A DNA stretch of 64,000 nucleotides from Rhodanobacteraceae bacterium (GTDB lineage Bacteria; Pseudomonadota; Gammaproteobacteria; Xanthomonadales; Rhodanobacteraceae): NCBI GenBank assembly GCA_035695065.1, contig DASSEW010000007.1:8525-72524 (forward strand), written 5' to 3'. Positions 8,726-17,458 of the stretch are shown one piece after another. The position numbers and the translations under genes are program-made. The notes below the pieces were generated by a model. That model had not been told where the DNA came from and searched no databases. It saw only the letters and a list, made by a program, of their open reading frames with translations. Each line of letters opens with the position of its first letter. Within the stretch, counting starts at the first letter, position 1.

Positions 8726-9690
8726 CGCTGCGACACCGCATTCGGTGCAGCCGCGGCGGGACGCGCGTCCTTTTGTTGCACCGGCTGCGCGGAAGCCAGC
8801 GTCGCCGGCGGCCCGACTTCCGGCGCAACTTTCGGCGGCCCGACCGGCTCGGGCTGGTCCCGCAGCAGCAGGACTTCGCCGCTGCGCGCCAGGTCGGCGG
8901 CAGGTTTGGCGCTGGCCTGCGCGAACATGCCGGAAGGATCCGGGCCGACTTTCGTGATCGTGCCGACCGGGAAGCCGGCCGGGAAACGCCCACCCAGGCC
9001 GGACGTGGAGATTCGATCACCGACTTTCACGTCCGCCGACAGCGGGATGTCGGAAACGATCAGCCGGTCCGGCGCACCGCTGCCGTGCGCGACGCCGCGC
9101 AGGCCGGAGCGCTCGTCCACCACCGGGATCGAATGATTGCCGTCGGTGACCAGCAGCGCGACCGACGTATGCGGCAGCACCTCGACGATCTGGCCCATCA
9201 CGCCGTGCGCATCGATCACGACCTGGCCGGCATGCACGCCTTCCTTCGCGCCCGCATCGATCATCACGCGGTTGCGCGCGGGGCCGAGATCCACGTCGAT
9301 CAGCCGCGCCAGTTGCACGTCCATGCCGAGCATGTGGCGCGTGTCCAGCAACTGCTTCAGCCGCTTGTTCTGCTCGGCGACGGCATTCATGCGGTTGAGC
9401 CGTGCCTGCGCCAGCAGCAGCGCCTCGCGCAGATGCTGGTTGTCGTCGACCAGGTCGCGATGGCTGGTGAATGCGACACGCAGGTTCTGCGCGGCCTCGC
9501 CCGGCCACGCGGCCACGCGGTAGATCGGCTCGATGGCCACCGACGCCGCATAGCGCGCGCGCAGCAGCCAGCCGTTGCGGTGATCCAGCACCATCAGCAC
9601 GCAGGCCAGCGCGAGATAGAAGATCAGGCGCAACGTGCCCGCCGCCGCGTCGGCGAAGATCGGGGAGGATTCCTTGTGCGGGAGCGCCAT
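8722..9690 (-). CDS. mreC: rod shape-determining protein MreC
   Basis: ORF 8722..9726; ATG 9690 (MALPHKESSPIF). N-terminal TM, coiled coil (LREALLLAQARLNRMNAVAEQNKRLKQLL), beta-rich core and Pro-rich tail. Confidence 0.92.
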   Translation of the reverse strand: MALPHKESSPIFADAAAGTLRLIFYLALACVLMVLDHRNGWLLRARYAASVAIEPIYRVAAWPGEAAQNLRVAFTSHRDLVDDNQHLREALLLAQARLNRMNAVAEQNKRLKQLLDTRHMLGMDVQLARLIDVDLGPARNRVMIDAGAKEGVHAGQVVIDAHGVMGQIVEVLPHTSVALLVTDGNHSIPVVDERSGLRGVAHGSGAPDRLIVSDIPLSADVKVGDRISTSGLGGRFPAGFPVGTITKVGPDPSGMFAQASAKPAADLARSGEVLLLRDQPEPVGPPKVAPEVGPPATLASAQPVQQKDARPAAAAPNAVSQR

Positions 9691-9745
9691 GTCCGGAGAG
9701 TGAAGTCGGCGGCCGGGCCGCCCCATGAAGAGTCAAGAGCAAAGA

Positions 9746-9772
9746 GGGGAAGCCATGTCGGGCGGCTTCTCC
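9746..9772 (-). terminator. possible attenuator hairpin between mreB and mreC
   Basis: On the minus strand GGAGAAGCC-9 nt-GGCTTCCCC (one mismatch) is followed by TCTTTGCTCTTGACTCTTC. Weak intrinsic-terminator-like structure in the 178-nt mreB-mreC spacer. Confidence 0.3.
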
Positions 9773-9868
9773 TCTACAACGGGCACGGCGAGCGACTTTA
9801 CTCTTTACAGCGGACCCGGTGGGCGACTTTCCCCACAGGCGGCGATGACGTGCATGACCTGCTTCACA

Positions 9869-11005
<1,137 letters not shown>

Positions 11006-11065
11006 TTAAAAAAGCCTTGTTGCATGCGGGTTCCGGCGGGGTCGTGATGGTGGTCACGCAAACAA

Positions 11066-11150
11066 TCCCTTCCCCCGCTTGCAAGAGCGCCATCCATGGC
11101 CGAGAGCTCCGTGGTGCCCGTAGGGCGGATGGGGGGAATACTTGCGAAAT
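11066..11150. repeat. degenerate partial copy of the bipartite repeat
   Basis: ATCCCTTCCCCCGCTTGCAAGAGCGCC ... GGTGCCCGTAGGGCGGATGGGGGGAATACTTGCGAAATCGC parallels 1176-1240 (GGTGCCGAAGGCGGATGGGGGAAATACTCGCGATATTTTCGC). Confidence 0.4.
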
Positions 11151-11194
11151 CGCTGCTGCTACGATCGCGGATCGCTCTACCGGGGAACCACGCA

Positions 11195-12133
11195 ATGCCT
11201 GCTGCCCTGATCTGCGGCTCGATGGCTTACGACACCATCATGGTGTTCGGCGACCGCTTCAAGAACCACATCCTGCCGGACAAGGTGCACATGTTGAACG
11301 TGTCGTTCCTGGTCCCGCAGATGCGCCGGGAATTCGGCGGCTGCGCCGGCAACATCGCCTACAACCTCAAGCTGCTCGGCGGCGATCCCTTGCCGCTGGC
11401 CACCGTCGGGCAGGACTTCGATCCCTACCGCAAGCACCTCGCCGCCTGCGGCATCCGCATGGACGGCCTGCGCGAGCTGCCGGACACCTTTACCGCGCAG
11501 GCGTTCATCACCACCGACCTCGACGACAACCAGATCACCGCCTTCCATCCGGGCGCAATGATGCGCAGCCACGAGAACCACGTGCGCGACATCGCCGATA
11601 TCGCCTTCGGCATCGTCGCCCCGGACGGGCGCGACGGGATGTTGCAGCACGCGCGCGATTTCGCCGAACGCGGCGTGCCTTTCATCTTCGATCCCGGCCA
11701 GGCGATGCCGCTGTTCGACGGCGAGGAATTCCGCGCCTTCATCGAGCAGGCCGATTACGTCACCGTCAACAGCTACGAAGCGAGCCTGCTGCAGGAACGC
11801 ACCGGCTGGTCGGAAGCCGAGATCGCGCAGCGCGTGAAGGCCTATATCGTGACGCACGGCGGCGAAGGCTCGGCGATACACACACGCGACGAGGTTTTCG
11901 AGATTCCAACGGCAACGCCGCGCGCCGTCACCGATCCGACCGGCTGCGGCGACGCCTATCGCGCAGGACTGATTTTCGGCTTGATGAAAAATTGCGATCT
12001 GCCGACCGCAGGCCGCATGGCCTCACTGATGGGCGCGCTGAAAATCGCGCATCCCGGCACGCAGAACCAGCGGTTCACGTACGCGGAATTCGCGGAGGAA
12101 TTCCGCAAGCAGTTCGGGTATTCGCTGGCCTAA
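11195..12133 (+). CDS. PfkB-family carbohydrate/nucleoside kinase
   Basis: ORF 11096..12133; start ATG 11195 (MPAALICGSMAYD). GGCAGNIAYNL near the N-terminus and DPTGCGDAYRAGLIFG near the C-terminus are the PfkB signatures. Confidence 0.85.
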   Translation: MPAALICGSMAYDTIMVFGDRFKNHILPDKVHMLNVSFLVPQMRREFGGCAGNIAYNLKLLGGDPLPLATVGQDFDPYRKHLAACGIRMDGLRELPDTFTAQAFITTDLDDNQITAFHPGAMMRSHENHVRDIADIAFGIVAPDGRDGMLQHARDFAERGVPFIFDPGQAMPLFDGEEFRAFIEQADYVTVNSYEASLLQERTGWSEAEIAQRVKAYIVTHGGEGSAIHTRDEVFEIPTATPRAVTDPTGCGDAYRAGLIFGLMKNCDLPTAGRMASLMGALKIAHPGTQNQRFTYAEFAEEFRKQFGYSLA

Positions 12134-12186
12134 ATCTCCCTTCTCCCGCTTGCGGGAGAAGGTGCCCGAAGGGCGGATGAGGGTGT
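12134..12186. repeat. half copy of the bipartite repeat
   Basis: ATCTCCCTTCTCCCGCTTGCGGGAGAAGGTGCCCGAAGGGCGGATGAGGGTG: hairpin TTCTCCCGC-TT-GCGGGAGAA plus the GTGCC.GAAGG.CGGATG.GGG tail shared with the 1176-1215 module. Confidence 0.45.
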
Positions 12187-12500
12187 CGCGCACAAAGTGC
12201 GCGGCTTTCGTATTTGCTAGTACGACATCCATGTCTTTTTTCCGCGCCGTCCCACGGCGCGGGTTACTTTCCTTTCGGGAAAGTAACCAAAGCCACGGCG
12301 CCGGCATGACGGTCTCGCCAACGTCCGGTTGGCTCGACTCCCCTGCGCTTCTCGCCGGGCGCGCGCCGGCGCGAACTCGCACATCCTTGTGCTCAGACAG
12401 TCGCGCCTTTCCCGCGCGCCCGGCTGCGATGCTCGGCGTCATGCGACGGCGCCGGAGCTCACTTCGACACGGCCATCCATGGCCTGCAATGGTTTGCATC
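12187..12500. repeat. structured non-coding region (probable family-specific intergenic repeat)
   Basis: About 310 nt without a credible ORF. Contains the perfect 11-bp hairpin GGTTACTTTCC-tttcg-GGAAAGTAACC (12262-12288) and several GC-rich dyads (CGCGCCGTCCCACGGCGCG, GCGCGCGCCGGCGCG). Only one copy in the window, so repeat status is an inference. Confidence 0.3.
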
Positions 12501-12552
12501 CCCCGCCTGATACTGCTTGCGATAATATCGAAAGCGTCGAGGGGAGACTCTT

Positions 12553-13059
12553 ATGCAAACCTTCTTTATAGCTCTGGCCACAGTCATAGGACCCATTGCC
12601 GCAGTCGTAATTACGCGCCTCATGGATGATCGCAAAGCACGAGAGATGAGGCGCTACTCTGTGTTCTCTACCCTCATGGCTCTGCGCGGGCTAAGCATCC
12701 ATGCTGAGCATGTGCGCGCACTCAATTTGGTCCAGTTAGAGTTCGCAAAAAACTCTCAGGTCATCAATTCATGGCGGAATTTCGTTAACCATGTGGAGAC
12801 CGATGCAACTGTAGACCCGACCTCTTGGAACATGAAATACCGGGATCTACTGAATCAACTGTTGGTTGATATTGCGAAAGATCTAAAAATTCAAAGTAAC
12901 GAGATCGACTTGGCGCGCGGCGGCTATTACCCAAGAGGCTGGGCATTCCAAGAAGAGCGAATTCAAGCCGCCCAAGAGTTCGTGCAGGGGCTTTCCAGCG
13001 GCACGAAAGCAGTGCCGGTCAAACTAGTTGAGGCGGGAGCAACGATCCTGACTCAGTAG
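12553..13059 (+). CDS. hypothetical protein, N-terminal TM anchor, low-GC orphan
   Basis: ORF 12553..13059, 168 aa. MQTFFIALATVIGPIAAVVITRL TM segment then a helical soluble domain. Visibly AT-richer than its flanks. RBS GAGGGGA 7 nt upstream and TAATAT -10-like hexamer at about 12524. I vaguely associate the pattern with a DUF family (possibly DUF6680) but cannot verify this. Confidence 0.7.
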   Translation: MQTFFIALATVIGPIAAVVITRLMDDRKAREMRRYSVFSTLMALRGLSIHAEHVRALNLVQLEFAKNSQVINSWRNFVNHVETDATVDPTSWNMKYRDLLNQLLVDIAKDLKIQSNEIDLARGGYYPRGWAFQEERIQAAQEFVQGLSSGTKAVPVKLVEAGATILTQ

Positions 13060-13089
13060 GCAATCGGCTCGAAATGAAGACCCGAAGAA

Positions 13090-14904
13090 TTACTTCTTCG
13101 GCACGTACAAATCCGTGATCGTGCCTTCGAACACTTCCGCCGCCATGCCGACGGATTCGGAAAGCGTCGGGTGCGGGTGGATGGTGAGGCCGATGTCGGC
13201 CGCTTCCGCGCCCATCTCGATCGCGAGCGCGATTTCGGAAATCAGGTCGCCCGCGTGCACACCGACGATGCCGCCGCCGAGCACGCGTTGCGTCGCATTG
13301 TCGAAGATCAGCTTGGTGAAGCCTTCGCTGCGATCCATGCCCAAGGCGCGGCCTGAGGCCGCCCACGGGAATTTCGCCACGCCGACGTCGAACTTCTTTT
13401 CCTTCGCCTCGCGCTCGGTCACGCCCACCCAGGCCACTTCCGGATCGGTGTAGGCCACGCTCGGGATCACGCGCGCGTCGAAGGCGCTCTTGTGGCCGGC
13501 GCAGACTTCGGCCGCCACTTTTGCTTCGTGCGTCGCCTTGTGCGCCAGCATCGGCGGGCCGACGATGTCGCCGATGGCGAAGATGTGCGGCACGTTGGTG
13601 CGCAGTTGTTTGTCGGCGGGAATGTAACCGCGCTCGGTGACATTCACGCCGGCCTTGTCCGCACCGATCTTCCTGCCGTTCGGCACGCGGCCGACCGCGC
13701 ACAGCACGCGATCGAATACCTGCGGTTTCGGCGCGTTGTCACCTTCGAATACCACTTCGATGCCGTTCTTCTGTGCTTTCGCCGAAGCCACTTTCGTCTT
13801 GAGATGGATGCCGGCGTAGCGCTTGGAAATGCGTTGTTGCAGCGGTCGCACCAGGTCGGGATCGGTACCGGGCATCAGCTGGTCGAACAATTCGACCACA
13901 GTCACTTCCGCACCGAGCGCGTCGTACACGCAGGCCATCTCCAGGCCAATGATGCCGCCGCCGATCACCAGTAGCTTCTTCGGAATTTCGCCGAGCATCA
14001 GCGCATCGGTCGAATCCATCACGCGCGGATCGCCCCACGGCAGGCCGGGCAGTTTCACTGCCTGCGAACCCGCGGCGATGATGCATTGTTCGAAACGAAC
14101 GAGCTTCCTGCCTTCGCTCGTCTCCACTTCGATCTCGTGCGGCGACACGAAGGTGCCCGTGCCGCGCACGCCGCGCACCTTGCGCTGCTTCACCATCGCG
14201 GCGAGCCCGCCGGTGAGCTTGGCGACCACGCCGTCCTTGAACGCGCGCAGCTTGTCGAGTTCGATCTTCGGCTTGCCGAACACGATGCCGTGTTCGGCCA
14301 TCAGTTCGGCATCGTTGATCAAATCGGCCGCGTGCAGCAGCGCCTTGGACGGAATGCAGCCGACGTTGAGGCACACGCCGCCGAGCCGCTCGTAGCGTTC
14401 GATCAGGATGGTGTCGAGGCCGAGATCGGCGGCGCGGAACGCGGCGGTGTAACCGCCGGGGCCGGAGCCGAGCACGCAGACCTGGCAATCGAAGTCGGGC
14501 TTGCGACCGGTGGATGGACTCCCTCCCCCGCTCGCGGGGGAGGGTTGGGGTGGGGGTGTCGCTTGCCGCGCATTTTCCGCTGCGGCGATTTTGGAACCGC
14601 CCCCCTCTGCCTTCGGCATCTCCCCCCGCTGCGCGGGGGGAGAATTCTTTTCATTGGATGATTCGGCGCCGGACTCCACCACCGCAATCACGCTGCCCTC
14701 GGAAACGTTGTCGCCTTCCTTGACGCGCAGTTCCTTGATCGTGCCCGCGGCGGAGGCCGGGACTTCCATGGTCGCTTTCGCCGATTCCAGCGTCAGCAGG
14801 CTCTGGTCCTTTTCGACCTTGTCGCCGACCTTCACCAGCACCTCGATCACCGGCACGTCGGAGAAATCGCCGATCGCGGGGACTTTCAGTTCGATCGTGG
14901 CCAT
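13090..14904 (-). CDS. lpdA: dihydrolipoyl dehydrogenase (E3) with N-terminal lipoyl domain
   Basis: ORF 13090..14985; ATG 14904 (MATIELKVPAIGDF). Lipoyl domain (LESAKATMEVPA), GSGPGGYTAAF FAD fold, redox disulfide CLNVGCIPSK and C-terminal HPHPTLSE. Confidence 0.95.
   Translation of the reverse strand: MATIELKVPAIGDFSDVPVIEVLVKVGDKVEKDQSLLTLESAKATMEVPASAAGTIKELRVKEGDNVSEGSVIAVVESGAESSNEKNSPPAQRGEMPKAEGGGSKIAAAENARQATPPPQPSPASGGGSPSTGRKPDFDCQVCVLGSGPGGYTAAFRAADLGLDTILIERYERLGGVCLNVGCIPSKALLHAADLINDAELMAEHGIVFGKPKIELDKLRAFKDGVVAKLTGGLAAMVKQRKVRGVRGTGTFVSPHEIEVETSEGRKLVRFEQCIIAAGSQAVKLPGLPWGDPRVMDSTDALMLGEIPKKLLVIGGGIIGLEMACVYDALGAEVTVVELFDQLMPGTDPDLVRPLQQRISKRYAGIHLKTKVASAKAQKNGIEVVFEGDNAPKPQVFDRVLCAVGRVPNGRKIGADKAGVNVTERGYIPADKQLRTNVPHIFAIGDIVGPPMLAHKATHEAKVAAEVCAGHKSAFDARVIPSVAYTDPEVAWVGVTEREAKEKKFDVGVAKFPWAASGRALGMDRSEGFTKLIFDNATQRVLGGGIVGVHAGDLISEIALAIEMGAEAADIGLTIHPHPTLSESVGMAAEVFEGTITDLYVPKK
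14517..14647. repeat. bipartite palindromic repeat, in-frame inside the lpdA linker
   Basis: Module L: GACTCCCTCCCCCGCTCGCGGGGGAGGGTTGGGGTGGGGG. A 42-nt spacer follows. Module R: CCCCCCTCTGCCTTCGGCATCTCCCCCCGCTGCGCGGGGGGAGAATTC. Translated on the minus strand as PPAQRGEMPKAEGG...TPPPQPSPASGGGS. Confidence 0.75.
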
Positions 14905-14908
14905 CGCG

Positions 14909-16276
14909 TTACACCAGCAGCCGGCGCAGGTCGCCGAGCACGCGTGACAGATACGCGGCGAAGCGCGCGGCATCGGCGCCATCAATCACGCGATGGTCAT
15001 AGGACAGCGACAGGGGCAGCATCAGCCGCGGCTCGAACGCGCTGCCGTTCCACACCGGCTGCATGCTTGAGCGCGACACGCCCAGGATCGCCACTTCCGG
15101 CGCGTTGATGATCGGCGTGAACGACGTGCCGCCGATGCCGCCCAGCGAAGAAATCGAGAAGCAGCCGCCGGACATGTCATTGGGCGAGAGCTTCCTGTCG
15201 CGCGCCTTCTTCGAGATCTCGCCGAGTTCGCTCGCCAATTCCAGCAGGCCCTTGCGATCGGCGTCGCGGATCACGGGCACGACAAGGCCATCGAGCGTGT
15301 CCACGGCGATCCCGATGTGGAAATATTTTTTCAGCACGAGTTTTTCGCCGGAAGCATCCAGCGAAGCATTGAACTGCGGGTACTGCTTCAGCGCCGCGAC
15401 CGCCGCCTTGATCAGGAACACCAGCGGCGTGATCTTCACTTCCTTGTTTTCCGCACCGAGCTGCTTGCGGAACGCTTCCATGTCGGTGATGTCGGCGGAT
15501 TCGTGCTGGGTGACGTGCGGGATCATCGCCCAGTTGCGCGCGAGGTTGGCGCCGGAAAGTTTCTTGATGCGCGAGAGCGGCTTCTCCTCGATCGCGCCGA
15601 ATTTCGAAAAATCCACCTGCGGCCAGGGCAGCAGATTGAGTCCGCCACCGCCCGATGCCACGTGCGAGGTCGCGCCGCCGGCGAGCGCCGACTTCACGAA
15701 CGCCTGCACGTCCTCTTTCGTGATGCGACCACCGCGCGCCGAACCGTGCACGCGCGCGATGTCCACGCCCAGCTCGCGCGCGAACGCGCGCACCGCGGGA
15801 CTGGCGTAGGGCACCTTGTCCGGCGCCACCGTGTCGGCGTCGAAGGGAACCGGCGGCGAGCGCGGGGCCTCCTGACTCCCTCCCCCGCTCGCGGGGGAGG
15901 GTCGGGGTGGGGGCGATGATTGCGATGAACTGCCCCCCTCCGCCTTCGGCACCTCCCCCCGCTGCGCGGGGGGAGGATTCACAGCTGGAGCCGCTGCGGA
16001 AGCAGAAGCTTTCGACGCAGCGGGTGAAGCAGCACCATCGCTCTCGATCACCGCGATCACGCTGCCGCGCGAAACGGTGTCGTTCTCCCTCACCTTGACT
16101 TCGCGCACCGTGCCGGCGAAAGGCGCGGGCACTTCCATCGTGGCCTTGGCCGACTCCAGCGTGACCAGCCCCTGGTCCTTCTCGACCCGGTCGCCGGGTT
16201 TCACCAGCACTTCGATCACCGGCACGTCGGTAAAATCGCCGATGTCCGGTACGGTGGCTTCTCGCGTGTCGGTCAT
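14909..16276 (-). CDS. aceF: dihydrolipoamide acetyltransferase (E2 of pyruvate dehydrogenase), single lipoyl domain
   Basis: ORF 14909..16327; ATG 16276 (MTDTREATVPDIGDF). Lipoyl LESAKATMEVPA, PSBD ASPAVRAFARELGVD, catalytic LSLSYDHRVIDGA. Confidence 0.95.
   Translation of the reverse strand: MTDTREATVPDIGDFTDVPVIEVLVKPGDRVEKDQGLVTLESAKATMEVPAPFAGTVREVKVRENDTVSRGSVIAVIESDGAASPAASKASASAAAPAVNPPPAQRGEVPKAEGGSSSQSSPPPRPSPASGGGSQEAPRSPPVPFDADTVAPDKVPYASPAVRAFARELGVDIARVHGSARGGRITKEDVQAFVKSALAGGATSHVASGGGGLNLLPWPQVDFSKFGAIEEKPLSRIKKLSGANLARNWAMIPHVTQHESADITDMEAFRKQLGAENKEVKITPLVFLIKAAVAALKQYPQFNASLDASGEKLVLKKYFHIGIAVDTLDGLVVPVIRDADRKGLLELASELGEISKKARDRKLSPNDMSGGCFSISSLGGIGGTSFTPIINAPEVAILGVSRSSMQPVWNGSAFEPRLMLPLSLSYDHRVIDGADAARFAAYLSRVLGDLRRLLV
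15874..15980. repeat. bipartite palindromic repeat, in-frame inside the aceF lipoyl-PSBD linker
   Basis: Module L is identical to the lpdA copy except for 1 nt (GGGTCGGGG). Module R differs at 3 nt. The spacer is shorter. Translated as PPAQRGEVPKAEGG...PPPRPSPASGGGS. Confidence 0.75.
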
Positions 16277-16343
16277 GCTCGTCCCTTGGCTCGATGCAGC
16301 AGGCGCAGACCGCAGAGTTTCGCGCATTCGCGCAGCCGCGTCA

Positions 16344-17201
16344 TCACGGACGCAATTCCGCCTGCGTCGGACTGATCACCTGCTTGACGGTGATTTCGTG
16401 CTGCGAAGAGGGTGCGCTGACGCCTTCGGCTTCGAACTTCTCCTTCACGGCGCGCATGAGACCGGTCTCCGCTTCCCACAGATCGGCCACGTGCGCCCAG
16501 GCGCGGATCATCAACTGGATGGTTTTCGTACCCGCGTCCAGCGAGCACACCCACACCCCGGGCGCGGGCTCCTTCAGGATGCGCGGGTCGTTCGCGCACA
16601 GGTCCCGCACCAGCCGGATCGCGCGGCCGATGTCTTCGGTGTAGGCGATGCCGATGGTGATCTCGAAGCGGCGCTGGCCGAGCCGGTTGTAGTTGATGAT
16701 CGCGTCGCCACCGACCTTCGCGTTGGGCACGATCGCCTGGCGGTTGTCCGGCATCGTGAGATACGTCTGCATCAAATCGACGCGCTCGACCGTGCCCATG
16801 ATCGCGCCGAACTGCACGAAGTCGCCGACCCGGAACGGCCGGAACAGGATCAACAGCACGCCCCAGGCGAGGTTCGACAGCGAGCTCTGCAGGGCGAGCC
16901 CGATCGCAAGGCCCGCCGCGCCGACCGCGGCGATCAACGAAGCGCTCGGCAATCCGACCAGTTGCAACAGGCTGACCACGAGCAGCACGATCAGCACGCC
17001 GTAAATGCCGTTGCGCAGGAAGCCGATCAGGGTGGGATCGAGGTGTCCGCGTTGCAGGCCGCGCCGCAGCAGGTTGGCGAGCTGGCCGATGACCCAGATG
17101 CCCACCACCAGCAGCACGATCGCGCCGGCGAGGCGCAAGCTGAAATGGGCGATGCGCTCGGGCAACTTGGGCAGGTTCAGGCGGAGCAACAGGTCGTGCA
17201 T
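16344..17201 (-). CDS. mechanosensitive ion channel family protein (MscS-like)
   Basis: ORF 16344..17213. Three TM helices followed by LILFRPFRVGDFVQFGAIMGTVERVDLMQTYLTMPDNRQAIVPNAKV, typical of the MscS beta domain. ATG 17201 preferred; GTG 17213 possible. Confidence 0.88.
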   Translation of the reverse strand: MHDLLLRLNLPKLPERIAHFSLRLAGAIVLLVVGIWVIGQLANLLRRGLQRGHLDPTLIGFLRNGIYGVLIVLLVVSLLQLVGLPSASLIAAVGAAGLAIGLALQSSLSNLAWGVLLILFRPFRVGDFVQFGAIMGTVERVDLMQTYLTMPDNRQAIVPNAKVGGDAIINYNRLGQRRFEITIGIAYTEDIGRAIRLVRDLCANDPRILKEPAPGVWVCSLDAGTKTIQLMIRAWAHVADLWEAETGLMRAVKEKFEAEGVSAPSSQHEITVKQVISPTQAELRP

Positions 17202-17458
17202 GCGGATCTCCACGCGCGGTCCATAAGCCTAGCATCCATGCCGAATCCTCCCGCCGCCGCGATCTTTGCCACAGCCGGCGTACGCATGACGTGCACATCA
17301 CACTTGATACAAATTGTGAACTGAACGGGTGATTGCCGCGAAACGTGAACGCGTGCGCCCTATCGCGGCAGCACGAGCCTAGAATGAAGAATTCGCGCGA
17401 GTGATCCCGCGCAGTGGAACGGAAACCACACGAGCTCTGAAGGAACAGGCACTCCCGC

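Noticed and set aside
12320-12350. GGTTGGCTCGACTCCCC, a faint resemblance to a tRNA T-arm next to the low-GC orphan (possible tRNA-derived att site)
   Set aside because: I could not fold a cloverleaf, an acceptor stem or the GTTCRANNC T-loop consensus. Too weak to call a tRNA or a tRNA fragment.
17214-17458. TCACA-N12-TGTGA dyad (ATCACACTTGATACAAATTGTGAAC) upstream of the GAF-GGDEF gene as a CRP/Clp site
   Set aside because: The half-sites are in the wrong relative orientation and spacing for CRP-family binding (TGTGA-N6-TCACA).
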